Source: Ginkgo biloba (lineage: Eukaryota > Plantae > Ginkgophyta). From it: DNA of 26,414 nucleotides. The stretch spans positions 219,020,757 to 219,047,170 of the forward strand of contig JANKJI020000002.1 in assembly GCA_024626585.2 (NCBI GenBank), given 5' to 3'. This document shows, piece after piece, positions 10,748 through 22,636 of this stretch; the first letter of the stretch is position 1, and each line of letters starts with the position of its first letter. The notes under the pieces are model-generated. The model made no database searches and had not been told where the DNA came from. It saw nothing but the letters and a program-made list of their open reading frames with translations. The position numbers and the translations under genes are program-made.

Positions 10748-11243
10748 AATTTGCAACAAAAATGTTGTCCTCTATTTGTTCCCACAAACCACCAAGCATT
10801 AGCTTTGTTAAATTATTCTCCCAACCTTATCTATATGCACAACAATAACACAAATAGTCGTCCCAATCCCTTTCCATTGGTAGAAAATTGTCATTTATGC
10901 CACCTTTACATCTCTGTAAACTGGAACATTGCATTTGTTCTTCCTTGTCCCAACTTGTATTTATCTTCTTGGTTTGATCAAATTTTTGAAGACACAGATC
11001 ACTTCACTGTTTAGGATAAAAGCATTGTCTCCCATGCATTCTTGCAAACAATTAAGCCTTATGCTTGTCAAATGGGTCTCTACTCATATTTGTATGCATC
11101 GTTAAAACATGTATCTACTTGGCCTACTCGCTCCTTGTCAATAAAAAAATTATTCTTATTTTTGTGAGTATTTATGCCACTTGTACATCCCTGTAAATAG
11201 CAAGATGATTTTTTTTTGAAAGAATGTTGGATATATTACTTCA
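10748..11243. repeat. Unidentified dispersed repeat, copy 1 (same orientation as 22146-22636)
   Basis: Long shared blocks such as ttatctatatgcacaacaataacacaaatagt, tgccacctttacatctctgtaaact and tgcaaacaattaagccttatgcttgtcaaatg. Roughly 80-85% identical by eye. Confidence 0.9.
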
Positions 11244-11343
11244 NNNNNNNNNNNNNNNNNNNNNNNNNNNNNNNNNNNNNNNNNNNNNNNNNNNNNNNNN
11301 NNNNNNNNNNNNNNNNNNNNNNNNNNNNNNNNNNNNNNNNNNN

Positions 11344-12370
11344 CAAATCAAAAGGGGGAGGAGATATCAGATACCAATGGACTTTATCACAAGGTTACCA
11401 AACTCTGATGGGAAGTATGTTGTTTTTGTAGTAGATGATTAGCCTACTAAATATGCCCATTTCATACCAATTCAAACCAACTATAAAGAATTGCAAATAG
11501 CAGAAGTCTTCATCAAGGAAATACACAAATTACATGGGTTCCCTAAACAAATTGTTTCCAATTTGATCCTAAGTTCATAAACAACTTACGACCAAAGTTA
11601 TTCATGCTAGCAAGGATAGGTTTCAACATGAGCACTTCCTATCATCCACAAACTGATGGACAAACAAACATTGTCAACAAATGTCTCAAGGGATATCTCT
11701 AAGACTTTTCAAGGGACAAACAAAATAAATGGGTGAAATTGATATACCTAGAAAAACTCTAGTAGAACAAAACATACCAAACATTAGTTAAAATGCTACC
11801 CTTCATAACATTGTATGGCTACCCATCACCAACTATAAAGTACTATTTGTTTGGTGATGCAAATTCAATCAATAAAAGATACACTGAACCTAAGCATATC
11901 AAGAAATAGAATGAAGCAATAGGCAAATCAACATAGATCTAAAAGAACCCTTTTCAAAGATGACATAGTCCTTGTCTATTTTCATCCATAAAAACAAGCA
12001 CCATTAAAACCAAAAGCAAATAGGATCTAGCCCCAAAGTTCTACAACCCCTATTGAATCAAGAAGAAAGTTGGATCTAACCAACAAAGGGAGAATCCATC
12101 ATATCTTTCATGTCTCACGTCTCAAGATGAATTGAGCCAAGCAATAATTACTCAAAAGGAAATGCTAAAGTTGGAAAAAACATATTTGAGTGAGAAAAAA
12201 TATTAGAGAAGAAAACTAAAAATCTACGAAAATAATTAAATCAAGGAATATCTCATCAAATACAATAACCCGCCACAAGAAAACACTATATGAGAACCGA
12301 AGGCCACTCATTACAAAGCACTAAGACCTACTAATGCTTTTGCGACAAACCCTTTTAAGAGAAGAGGGCA
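11344..12370 (+). mobile_element. Ty3/gypsy chromovirus (Reina-like) integrase, GPY/F region, chromodomain and PPT; pseudogenised
   Basis: MDFITRLPNSDG...TKYAHFIP...IAEVFIKEIHKLHGFPKQIVS...MSTSYHPQTDGQT.IVNKCL.GYL...LAPKFY.PY...IHHIFHVSRLK...KEYLIKYNN...T.*EP. The purine tract aagagaagaggg is followed by TGTCA at 12371. Confidence 0.9.
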
Positions 12371-12525
12371 TGTCATTGACCTAGGTCANNNNNNNNNNNN
12401 NNNNNNNNNNNNNNNNNNNNNNNNNNNNNNNNNNNNNNNNNNNNNNNNNNNNNNNNNNNNNNNNNNNNNNNNNNNNNNNNNNNNNNNNATGCTTTTGCGA
12501 CAAACCCTTTTAAGAGAAGAGGGCA

Positions 12526-12600
12526 TGTCATTGACCTAGGTCACAACATAGGCCTACAAAGCACTAAAACCCCAAAGAACTCTAATATACAAGCTACGGA
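12526..12600 (+). repeat. Start of the 3' LTR of the Reina-like element, interrupted at 12601
   Basis: TGTCATTGACC follows the PPT (also present at 12371 before the gap). Sequence character changes at TGTTG (12601). Confidence 0.55.
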
Positions 12601-14181
12601 TGTTGTGAACCCAATTGTTTACTGATTCTACGTCACAATAAAGTTTGCATCAATGGTTAGCCAACTGAAAACTCCAAAGAGACTAGTGATCCGACTGCTA
12701 TCACCAACAGAGTCGCATTCTGAAGTATATTGAGAGGTCAACTATGGAAGTTTTATAGTGATCATTCATAAGGAGAGATACGTTAAAGAGTCCTAATAAC
12801 AAATGATATTGAAGAAAATGAATAAGGCAAAGAGATGATTTTATTATAATCGATATAATTGATACAATGGATGATGATGCCTTTGCAACTAACAATAGTG
12901 TTCAAACAATGCCTTTTAATAAGCAATTCTAATGCAGACGGACAACAACACTCAGGCGCTTGCGATCAGAACAATTTTTCAATTATTCCTGTCGGATGTC
13001 GGCTAGTCTGCAAAGATACACTAACATGGTCGATATAATTTAGACCGATGTCGTTGTCACTTGCCTTCTAGGACCTCAACAAATAGACCTTATCGACGAT
13101 GTTGGCGAGCTCCTCATTTGGAGAGCTTGGTCTGTCCTATTAGCAAAAATACTCACCGACACGTAAACGCAGAAGCAATAATAAGAACGACTAATCAGGC
13201 ACCCAACCACTCAATGATCACACCCGACAAACTACTACACATAGGCCTCCTATGACGATGTCATTGAAACCCCTTTTCAGGATGTCGTGGTCTATCTTGT
13301 CAATTATGCTCGCTGATGCATAATCAAAAGCTCGCATAAGAACTTGGAACCAGCGGATCTGCAAATACAAACAAAGAAAACATAATATAGGGCATTCCAA
13401 CATGCCAAGCACAAAGACACAATCTTTTTTTTAACTGGAGAAACCCTCGTGGGGAGTAAAACTCTAGGTGTATTAGACAACAACTATAGGCATTACAACA
13501 ACCTTGACGGCTCTTCCTCACTATTGGAGGGCCAATACAAAAGCATGTAACACTAGGCGGAATCCTCAATGCCTCATTGTTGTCAGTGGAGGAATCCTCA
13601 ATGCCTCTTTGTTTTCACTAGCGGAATCCTCAACGCCTCTTCTGAATGCCTCAAGTTTGACACTCTGTCGGCCTTCAGTTTTACTATGAGTTGCCTCTAT
13701 CGGTGATTCTACTCGACTTCTTGCTCACATACTCAACTCACTTTATTGGCTCCAACTCTTGGGCCCTGCATGTGTTCGCGATCTTAACCACACACCAAAG
13801 TCCTCAGACTGCCTCATGTTCAATGATCTGTCTCGGTTCTTCTCTACAACTTCACTCCCCAACTCTATCCAATAACAACCAACGAATTGAATTGAATCCC
13901 CTCTCCTTCTTAACTTTAGGATTTTATGCTTTAGGCAAATGGTTCAGGCGCCAATGATTCAATTAGTGGGAGCAAGTACAATGACTTTTCACCATTAATT
14001 TTGTAATGGCTACCCCGGTCCTAGCATCACCTGTCCTTTAGGATCCCTTTGTGTGCAGTCCTTTCCTAACTGTCCCATAATTGGTTTGGGGTGCTAAGCG
14101 CTAAAGGAATTTGTGTTAAGTCTTTACCCAACTCTTTCCTCTCAAGGCCAAAAATCAAAATTGCTTACCAATTCTCCCTCA
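12601..14181. mobile_element. Probable long LTR or non-coding portion of another LTR retrotransposon
   Basis: Starts TGTTG, has no recognisable coding motif, contains a tandem repeat, and 13950-14150 has an inverted homolog at 18405-18695. Confidence 0.4.
13551..13644 (+). repeat. ~32-bp tandem repeat, 3 units (core GGAATCCTCAATGCCTC)
   Basis: cactaggcggaatcctcaatgcctc / cagtggaggaatcctcaatgcctc / cactagcggaatcctcaacgcctc. Confidence 0.9.
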
Positions 14182-14280
14182 NNNNNNNNNNNNNNNNNNN
14201 NNNNNNNNNNNNNNNNNNNNNNNNNNNNNNNNNNNNNNNNNNNNNNNNNNNNNNNNNNNNNNNNNNNNNNNNNNNNNNNN

Positions 14281-14890
14281 NATGCATCTATGTCTCTATT
14301 GGAGTTTTGTGAAAATTCAAAATCACTAAGCTCATTCCTCACCTCCAAAGCCACCTTTGAATCTGCATAAAACTTCTTGAAAGCTTTCTTATATCCATCT
14401 GAAACTTCCTTATCCTCATTTGGATCTTTCTTGCCGAGTATAGAAACAATGTCCTCATTATAAAATCTAAGATTCAAAGCATACGCTAATGCATGCAATG
14501 GTGTAATCATTTTGCTCCACCTTTGACAACAATATCCTTGATTTCGTTATAAAAGGTCTTCTTCTCATCCTTCTCCTCCAACCTAATGATTTCCTTGATC
14601 TTCTCAAGCATACCATCCATTCCCTCATAGACCTCTTCCAAACAAGGTGTGTCAGTATCAATCATGCATATCTTATATATAATCAACTCACAAAAGATCA
14701 ACAAATATCATACTCTAACCCACCAAATGTTGTCAAAATAGAATCCTCTTCACCTCTAGAGCCCTCCCATGATTTGGTTGCCCTCAAATATCCCACATGT
14801 CACTAATCACCATATTGCATGATGATGAATTTGACCTCTAAAAGCCTCCTTAGCATAATGAAATGGTTGGCAAATCAAGTTTCAACAAGA
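14281..14890 (-). mobile_element. hAT transposase remnant (region between DUF659 and the hAT dimerisation domain), frameshifted
   Basis: VET*FANHFIMLRRLLEVK...DTDTPCLEEVYEGMDGMLEKIKEII...FYNEIKDIVVK/RWSKMITPLHALAYALNLRFY...PNEDKEVSDG, matching the plant hAT motifs TRFAS and RW....PLH.AY.LNP. Confidence 0.88.
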
Positions 14891-15149
14891 TAACAAAATG
14901 AAAGAATAAAACTTACCTACATTATACAATCTTAAGCCATGTGACTAACAAAATAATTTAGTAAAAATTTAAACTAAAAAAAGAAATAACAATGAAAAAA
15001 ACACCAACCTTAAACGACTCCAAATATGTGAATTGTCAATAGATGGCTTGGGCCATGTGGTGATTGTTGATGAACATCTCAATCTCCTTGGCCTCCTCGT
15101 GATTTTTTTTATTGTGGCATATGTATTATAGTTATCAAATATGACATGC

Positions 15150-15356
15150 CTCTCTCTCTCTCTACATGTATATGTATGAATGTATATATACATGTATGTA
15201 TATATATATGTGTGTGTGTGTGTGTGTATGTGTGTATATATATATGCGTATACGTGTATACACACACACACACACACACTATGTGTGTGTTTGTGTGTAT
15301 ATATATACACACATACGCGCACACACACACACACATATATACTATACATATATATG
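15150..15356. repeat. Compound microsatellite (CT)n/(TA)n/(TG)n/(CA)n
   Basis: Read directly; it generates the spurious YI/VC/TH-rich ORFs in the ORF track. Confidence 0.95.
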
Positions 15357-16261
15357 AAGAAGAAAATAACCACAAATTCCTAGAGATTAGATCAATAATG
15401 AAAAGCAAAGTCAAAATTGTATTGAAGTCTAACCTCTGTAATTCTTTATGCATAGGTAAACTGTATAAAAAATTTTCCCAAAAGTTATGATCCATATAGG
15501 GTTTTGGANNNNNNNNNNNNNNNNNNNNNNNNNNNNNNNNNNNNNNNNNNNNNNNNNNNNNNNNNNNNNNNNNNNNNNNNNNNNNNNNNNNNNNNNNNNN
15601 NNNNNNNNCGTGTACGTGGCGGCCATAGGGATCCATGCAGGCAACATAGCGTTCCAGATAAAAAAATGCATACTTTTGGGAGAGTTACAGAGTTCGACTT
15701 GCAAACGCATGCATTTCTGTGCCGTTCTCAACACCGCGCGCTTCAGGAGTACGCAAATCCATGCCGAGCCTTTGTAACATCATGCAATTATGTGTTGAGG
15801 TATTTCTCACAGACTGTACATTGTTATTTTCATGAAATTTCACCTGTAACTGAGATTCTACCTCATCAAGAGATCTACAATAGTAAGAACCAGATTACCC
15901 CCTTGGAAATTGATCAAATGCTTCCGCATAACCTCTATTAAATCCTCCAACACCAAGCGGCTACATCATCACATGCTAAAAGCATCTAGATGGAATATTC
16001 TCCACTCCCCCTTTTGGATCATTAAGACATGCACCAATTATAGCAAAATGACAATGCCCTCTGTAGGGCTTACAAAGATTTTTTTCTGAAATAGGACAAA
16101 CCCCTAATTTCGGATTACATCACATAAAGTTAACTGAGACTTTATTTAGACACATGCTAAAATAAAATGACTAAATCCATGTTTGCATTTCAAATGGCCT
16201 CCTTGGGAACTGCACCCTCTTTTCATGTCTAGTTTTCTTCTAATTGTTGACGGATGTTGAC

Positions 16262-16490
16262 CACATGCATGCAATCGAAGTTATCCAACCGCTCTCAAGC
16301 CTTCTTGTTCTCTGAAAAACATTTGAATGTGCATGCATATATTTGCATGTAACTAAAAAAACATGCATGCATGCTTCCGATCCATGTATGCACTTCCAAC
16401 CACACATGCAACCATCAAACCTCACATGCAACAATCCAAAACTTACATGCATGCATGCAAACCTAAACATGCCAAAAACAACAACATGTG
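16262..16490. repeat. Cluster of ACATGCA(TGC) motifs, degenerate minisatellite
   Basis: About ten catgca/acatg cores at ~20-40 bp spacing. Confidence 0.6.
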
Positions 16491-16669
16491 CGTTTTCACT
16501 AGGTTGAGCAGAGAAGACTGTAAGCTTACCCATAATGAAAAAAAAAATTCTAGACTTACTAGTTCCAACCTTTGTGACTTAGAATCTTTCTCAAAGAACA
16601 AGATCACAATGTTTTGAAACTTAGAATTTGTACAATTTGAGTTTTATCTCTATAAAATTCAGCCAATTT

Positions 16670-18130
16670 TATTTTGCTCTATTTTTGGCTAGAAAACTCG
16701 GATTTGAGTGATTGTTTTTTCATACTCATGAGAAAAACATGGTAGAATCCAATTATCCAATTGAATGGATTTTTAAGCTGAAAACTACAGAGAAAAACCT
16801 ATGTTACCAGGATCTACCCAAGCGGTCTCGTATCCTATATCTAAACTATTTTGGATACCGGATACGGATACAACCCGAAAATAAGAGCGATATGACTGGG
16901 AAATGTTTCCTAGTTGTTTCCTGCCAAGAAGTGATCACTCCGAGCCATTTTTTCTTTTTCTTCTTTTGATTACTTGAGGTATTATTGCAATGAATTCTTA
17001 TATTGTACATGCACAAAAATTAGTAGAGAGAATTATTGTTATTGCATTGAAAAATGAGCAATAAATGTATTAATAGTAAATCTCCATAGAAGGAACTTTA
17101 GATTATGGTGCCAAGGGGTGGAGAGAGTGCATTGGGCCAATGAGAACTTTACCTATATGCATTAACCCTCTAAAGAAAATATTATCTATCTAGGATACTA
17201 CTGATTCAATGTCACAGACAAAAGCAATTACAAAGTTAATCATTTGAAATCCAAAAAGCAGATTGCAAAAGCATTTCTGAGACAAAAATAGCTACTAACT
17301 TTCTTCTTTGGANNNNNNNNNNNNNNNNNNNNNNNNNNNNNNNNNNNNNNNNNNNNNNNNNNNNNNNNNNNNNNNNNNNNNNNNNNNNNNNNNNNNNNNN
17401 NNNNNNNNNNNNNNNNNNNNNNNNNNNNNNNNNNNNNNNNNNNNNNNNNNNNNNNNNNNNNNNNNNNNNNNNNNNNNNNNNNNNNNNNNNNNNNNNNNNN
17501 NNNNNNNNNNNNNNNNNNNNNNNNNNNNNNNNNNNNNNNNNNNNNNNNNNNNNNNNNNNNNNNNNNNNNNNNNNNNNNNNNNNNNNNNNNNNNNNNNNNN
17601 NNNNNNNNNNNNNNNNNNNNNNNNNNNNNNNNNNNNNNNNNNNNNNNNNNNNNNNNNNNNNNNNNNNNNNNNNNNNNTATTTTTCAAAAACCTAAAATTT
17701 GTCGCTCCCATGTATCTTGCAATTTTGAAAAGTGTTGTTTTCCACTTCCGTTCCCGTTCTCGCTCTTGTTTCCTTGTAACTTAGAGAAAAACTAAAATCA
17801 CATATTTGTCGTCATTAAAAAATAGTTGAACTTAACATAGTCATAACTTTCACTAGAAAACTCTAATTTTGATGCTTTTTTTTTCCAAATTTATCACAAA
17901 AACCTATAGAATCCAAAAATGAATTCTGAAGATTTAAATTCTGAAGTATACAATATCAAAAATTTGAAATATCAAACTGTCCTATTGCTGCAACTAGAAC
18001 ATAGTTGAACTTAAAACTACTATATTTTGGGCTAGAAACTCAGATTTAAGCTAATTTGTTTTTCAAATTGATAAGAAAAAATTGAATTACCCAAATAATA
18101 AATTCAATCTAGATAATTCTTCAATATTCA
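16670..18130. repeat. Degenerate ~170-180 bp tandem repeat interrupted by the hAT insertion
   Basis: CTAGAAA(A)CTC..ATTT motif at 16689, 17853 and 18032; ATAGTTGAACTTAA at 17822 and 18001. Confidence 0.65.
16799..17784. mobile_element. Non-autonomous hAT element / MITE with 14-bp TIRs and an 8-bp target site duplication
   Basis: Left TIR CTATGTTACCAGGA; right TIR reverse complement CTAAGTTACAAGGA (12/14 match). AGAAAAAC flanks both sides (16791-16798 and 17785-17792). Contains a 365-N gap. Confidence 0.88.
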
Positions 18131-18299
18131 AGCCCAAAAATAGAAAATGTTAGATTGCACTTTTCTGCCCAAAGAAAGAAGATTCAGAAATTACCACTTC
18201 CTCATAAATGTATGTTTATAATGATCACATTGTAATATTAGAATAAAGTTAGGAAATAAAGTCATAAAGTCTAGTTAGTCACTTTATGATGCAGGAGCA

Positions 18300-18977
18300 T
18301 CACTGTAGCACTCCGAAGAGGTGTGTAAATTTTGCACAATTTTGCAGAGCCGACATAGCGGCAACATTTTGATGGAAACAAATCGACAAGCATTTTTTTG
18401 ATATGGACCTTGATGAAAGGAAGGAGTGAGTTGGGTAAAGACTTAACGAAGTCACTTTTAGCACTCAACAACCCGAAGTAGAGATGGGATAGTTAGGAGA
18501 GAACCCCACGTACGAACTGAAAGGGAAGATCCTGATCCTAACCGTAGTATATTCAGGTGTGCGGAGAAGCATTCACCATCCCAGCTACCAAGGAGGGAAA
18601 GGAACCCAAAAGACAGGCGATGCCAGGTCAAGGGAAGCCTTCACAGCATTAATGGCAGGAAGTCGTTGCACCTACTCCCACCAATCGAGCCATTGAGGGG
18701 AGAGAGTTTTTTTTTTCTTTTTGGAAGAGTTGTTGATGGAGGAGTTGGTGGAAAAATCAATTGGAACAGCGGAGCGGTTTTACGATTGGTGGGAAGAGTG
18801 AGTTACAGAATAGGAAAAAATCATCGACAGTGAGGCAATTCCTGGGAAGTAGCTCACTGAAGGATAAAATTCGATAGATCGCCAAGTGTGAGGCCATCAA
18901 TTGATGCGTGGAGGAATTTGCCAAGTGTGAATATGCGATGAAGTGGCTGAGTAGATCGCCGAAGGAGGCAGGTTGAG
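18300..18977. mobile_element. LTR-like segment, inverted diverged relative of 12601-14181
   Basis: gagttgggtaaagacttaac is the exact reverse complement of 14115-14134. The gacaggYgatgcYagg and aagtcRttgYacYtRctcccac blocks are also shared. Boundaries are approximate. Confidence 0.5.
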
Positions 18978-20982
18978 NNNNNNNNNNNNNNNNNNNNNNN
19001 NNNNNNNNNNNNNNNNNNNNNNNNNNNNNNNNNNNNNNNNNNNNNNNNNNNNNNNNNNNNNNNNNNNNNNNNNNNNNGAGTATATGAGGAAGGAATTATT
19101 GAACTCGTTGAGAATATCATGGATGTTACCATAATTAAATCATAAAGGTTCAATGATCTCAGTCAGATGTGAAGTAAAAGGATAATTATCGACTTTCATT
19201 TAAAAATGATAAGAAAGCCAACAATCCAAAGAAAACCCAAGAAAATTTTATTTAAATTAGTTGTGGTAATGATAAAGCCTAATTATAGAATTATTAATAG
19301 GNNNNNNNNNNNNNNNNNNNNNNNNNNNNNNNNNNNNNNNNNNNNNNNNNNNNAACTTCATATCCTTAGAGATCCTATGACAAATTCATACTATAATAAT
19401 TTGAATTCATATGCTTTTGGCTAAGGAGGAAAGGTTGTCAAAATAAATTATAAAATAATAGAGGAAATTATAAAATAGTAAATGAGTTTGCAAAATGGAA
19501 AAAGCTCCAACATAAAATCAAACATAATATTATATTTGGGGTATTTTTCTAGTATCATTCTAAGGCTAAAGAAGAAATATTGGGGATCAACAAAGTCCAT
19601 TCAATACGTATTTATAATTACATAATATATTGAGGAAATATTATTTTTATAGGATTGATAACTAAGATAAACTTTAGCTAAACTTTAAGCTTGGTTAGTT
19701 TTTAATACAAAACTACACATATCTTTGTCAAATAAAAAACTAAGATTGACCAGAGAAGATCAACAATTAAGAGAAAAGTGTAGATAATTAGAGAAAGAAG
19801 GAAAATCACATAAAGCTCCAAAAATAATAAATGGATATGACTTTAACATATCAATAACTAATATTGATCGAACAAGATCAATTACTCAGAATAAACACTA
19901 GGTTTAGAAAAGCTATAAAATTATAAATCTTTGTAAAATAATAAACAATTCTAAGAGACTTACAAAAATGATTGACATTGCATCAAGGCCCTGAAAATAT
20001 TTTCTACACTTAAGGTAAGCACCCATATTATTTCTTCGTGGTGTGACTAGTGCCTATGCTAAGTAGCTTTAGCTAAGACCTTGAATTAAATAATTTGATA
20101 ATTATATTGGTAGCCTTTATAACTTGGAGCATTATAAAGTTATAGTGGAACACAAAAGTAGGGTTAGTGAAAAGGAAGATGCTCTAAATATTTTATGTGA
20201 GATAGTTTAGAGAAGACTAAGTTCTAGAAAAGGTCAAAGATAGTTCTTTGAATTTTCTCTTCTTTTTCAAGATTTAGGCCTAATATTCTATTATGAAAAT
20301 CACATGTTGATCCTCATGTAAAGAAATAATTTTACGCACTCAAATAATCAATCCTGTTTTGAGGGAAATCAAGCACTGAAAATTTTGTGGACATTTATTC
20401 TACTTCTAAGATTGATGTAAATATTTTCATAACATGCCATTATATTTTATTTAATAAAGTAATCTTTTATATGTGGTCATATGTTATGAATTTAAAAACT
20501 TAATTATTTTATTGTTTCCATTATATGTGTTCTTATCTCCAGGTCACAAAATTACTTATAGATAAATCTTGTGATAAAAAATTTACTTAGAATCTATTTA
20601 ATTATATGCATCCATCCATCCATTTGGAATCATAACAGGGAGGGGTTTTTTTGCATGGGATTCTCATTGAAATACAAATTTTATTCTACTCAATATGGAT
20701 GATTTGGTGATAAAATTTTTCTACTTTATAACCTTTTTATCTAATATCATAACCTCTAGTATAATGCATAGTTTAGTATGATAATGCAATTATAGGGGCA
20801 CTTTATATCAAAGTCACTTGTTGATAAAGTAATATTGGTATGAGTTAAAGAAACTATATCATATCTATAAAGTAAGTGTTTGAATGCTTATGGTTCCTCT
20901 ACCTATAATAAAATGATATATATATTAAGTAAATAAATATTTGAAATTAATAATGTAATAGAATTTATAGAATAAAAAATAC

Positions 20983-21229
20983 CTATTGCATTATACCCTA
21001 ACATGGGACCATTTAATTCTATATGTGTTTCCATACATTGCCATAGATGCACCATTTTTCCCCTACATTTGGAGCACAAACATGTCACTTTAGCCTTAAA
21101 GCATTCCTTACTACTTAGATTAGGAGAAGGTGGTGAATGTTCACTCTCATCAAATATTTTTCCTGATGATAAATTAGAGCTTAACATATTCATGTCAAAA
21201 TCAATAAATAGATGCAAGGATGAAATCAA
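20983..21229 (-). mobile_element. CACTA (En/Spm) transposase-associated domain remnant (PF13963-like)
   Basis: KVTCLCSKCRGKMVHLWQCMETHIELNG fits C-x-C-x2-C-x13-H-x4-G (21008-21082). It is followed by a plausible AT-rich GT...AG intron (~20903-20982). Confidence 0.5.
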
Positions 21230-21540
21230 ATTATGTTTAGCATGTAAAATGATATAAAAAAGATGGATATTAGGATCTTATAGTACTAAAAACCATTTTG
21301 GTATAGTCATAGGGAAGATCTTAAGGATTGACTTATTTTTCATAAGTATAATTATTTAGAAAATATAATATATATACATTATAGGTGAAATTTCTAATAA
21401 AATATGTGTTTTGATAGTAATTTATACTAAATCTAGTGAATAAGCTAATTTTTTCATTAAGATTAAAATACTTAGAAAATATTTTAAAATAATTTTTCCT
21501 ATTGGAAAATCTAATTTTTGGAGATATTAGAAAAAAATAG

Positions 21541-21912
21541 CTAAATGTGCACGTGTGTGCGTGTGTGTGTATAGCCACTAATATTTTTGTTAAGTCACGC
21601 CTTACTATATATGATACTACAAACCATAACTCACAACTATAGTTTGGTGTAAATGAAAACACTTTGTCACAAATGTACATATATGTAAATACATATAAAT
21701 ATGTGTGTAGTGACTAGTAATATTTCTTTGCATCACCATTTAATAATATAATTATACATGTAATAATTATAATATGTATACATAGATATATAGTACTAAT
21801 ACATTTGTCATATTAGTTTGTTGTGTATTAATACATATATTAGTCTATATGCATACATACATATACATATTAGTTTATGGGTGTATTCATACACACATGG
21901 GTCTATGTGTGC
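21541..21912. repeat. Low-complexity TA/TG/CA-rich tract
   Basis: Read directly. Confidence 0.7.
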
Positions 21913-22145
21913 TACTGGGGGGGTCACTGAAGATTTTTTGTACATACCACGTACGTTATACAAGGGGTTTTTTTAATTAAAGATTTCAACAATTGTATAA
22001 AAAGGGGATAAAGGGTATTTTATATTAATATATTACTTAATGTACNNNNNNNNNNNNNNNNNNNNNNNNNNNNNNNNNNNNNNNNNNNNNNNNNNNNNNN
22101 NNNNNNNNNNNNNNNNNNNNNNNNNNNNNNNNNNNNNNNNNNNNN

Positions 22146-22636
22146 AATTTTCAGCCAAAATGTTTTCCTCTATTTTTCCCACAAACTACCAAGCATTAGC
22201 TTTGGCAACTTACGCACTCTTATCTATATGCACAACAATAACACAAATAGTTTTCCCAATCACTTTCCATTGGTATAAAATTGTTATCTATGCCACCTTT
22301 ACATCTCTGTAAACTCGAACATTGCATTTTTTCTTCCTTGCCCCCACTTTTATTTATCTTTTTGGCTTGATCAACTTTTTGAAGGAACATATCCCTTCAC
22401 TGTTTAGGATAAAAGTATTGTCTCCTATGCATTGCTGCAAACAATTAAGCCTTATGCTTGTCAAATGTGTCTCCACTAGTATTTGTTTGGATGGATAGAG
22501 CATGTATCTACTTGTCCCACTCGTTACCTATCAATAGAAAATCCATTCTTATTTTTGTGAGTATTTATGCCACTTACACAACCCTATAAATACCAAGAAC
22601 ATTTTGTTTTGAAAGAATGCTACTTATATTACTTCA
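22146..22636. repeat. Unidentified dispersed repeat, copy 2 (similar-looking sequence continues to ~23310)
   Basis: Collinear with 10748-11243. Confidence 0.9.

Noticed and set aside
10690-10900. Cys-rich minus-strand text (YLCYCCAY, HFCCKLLRCG) as an NF-X1 zinc finger
   Set aside because: The pieces are in different frames, flanked by stops shared between both copies, and the full Cys/His spacing is not met.
13551-13644. CRISPR-like repeat array
   Set aside because: Only three adjacent units with short, mutually similar intervening sequence, eukaryotic TE context and no cas genes.
14969-15636. Several overlapping 60-175 aa ORFs
   Set aside because: They are artefacts of dinucleotide microsatellites and N runs.
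16262-16490. RY (CATGCA) seed-regulatory enhancer cluster
   Set aside because: There is no nearby gene, and it is more simply a degenerate minisatellite in repeat DNA.
17295-17784. 138-158 aa ORFs
   Set aside because: They consist almost entirely of N-derived X residues.
13950-18695. Composite transposon formed by inverted repeats around the hAT transposase
   Set aside because: The repeats are highly diverged, appear internal to LTR-like sequence, lack TSDs and are separated by several assembly gaps.
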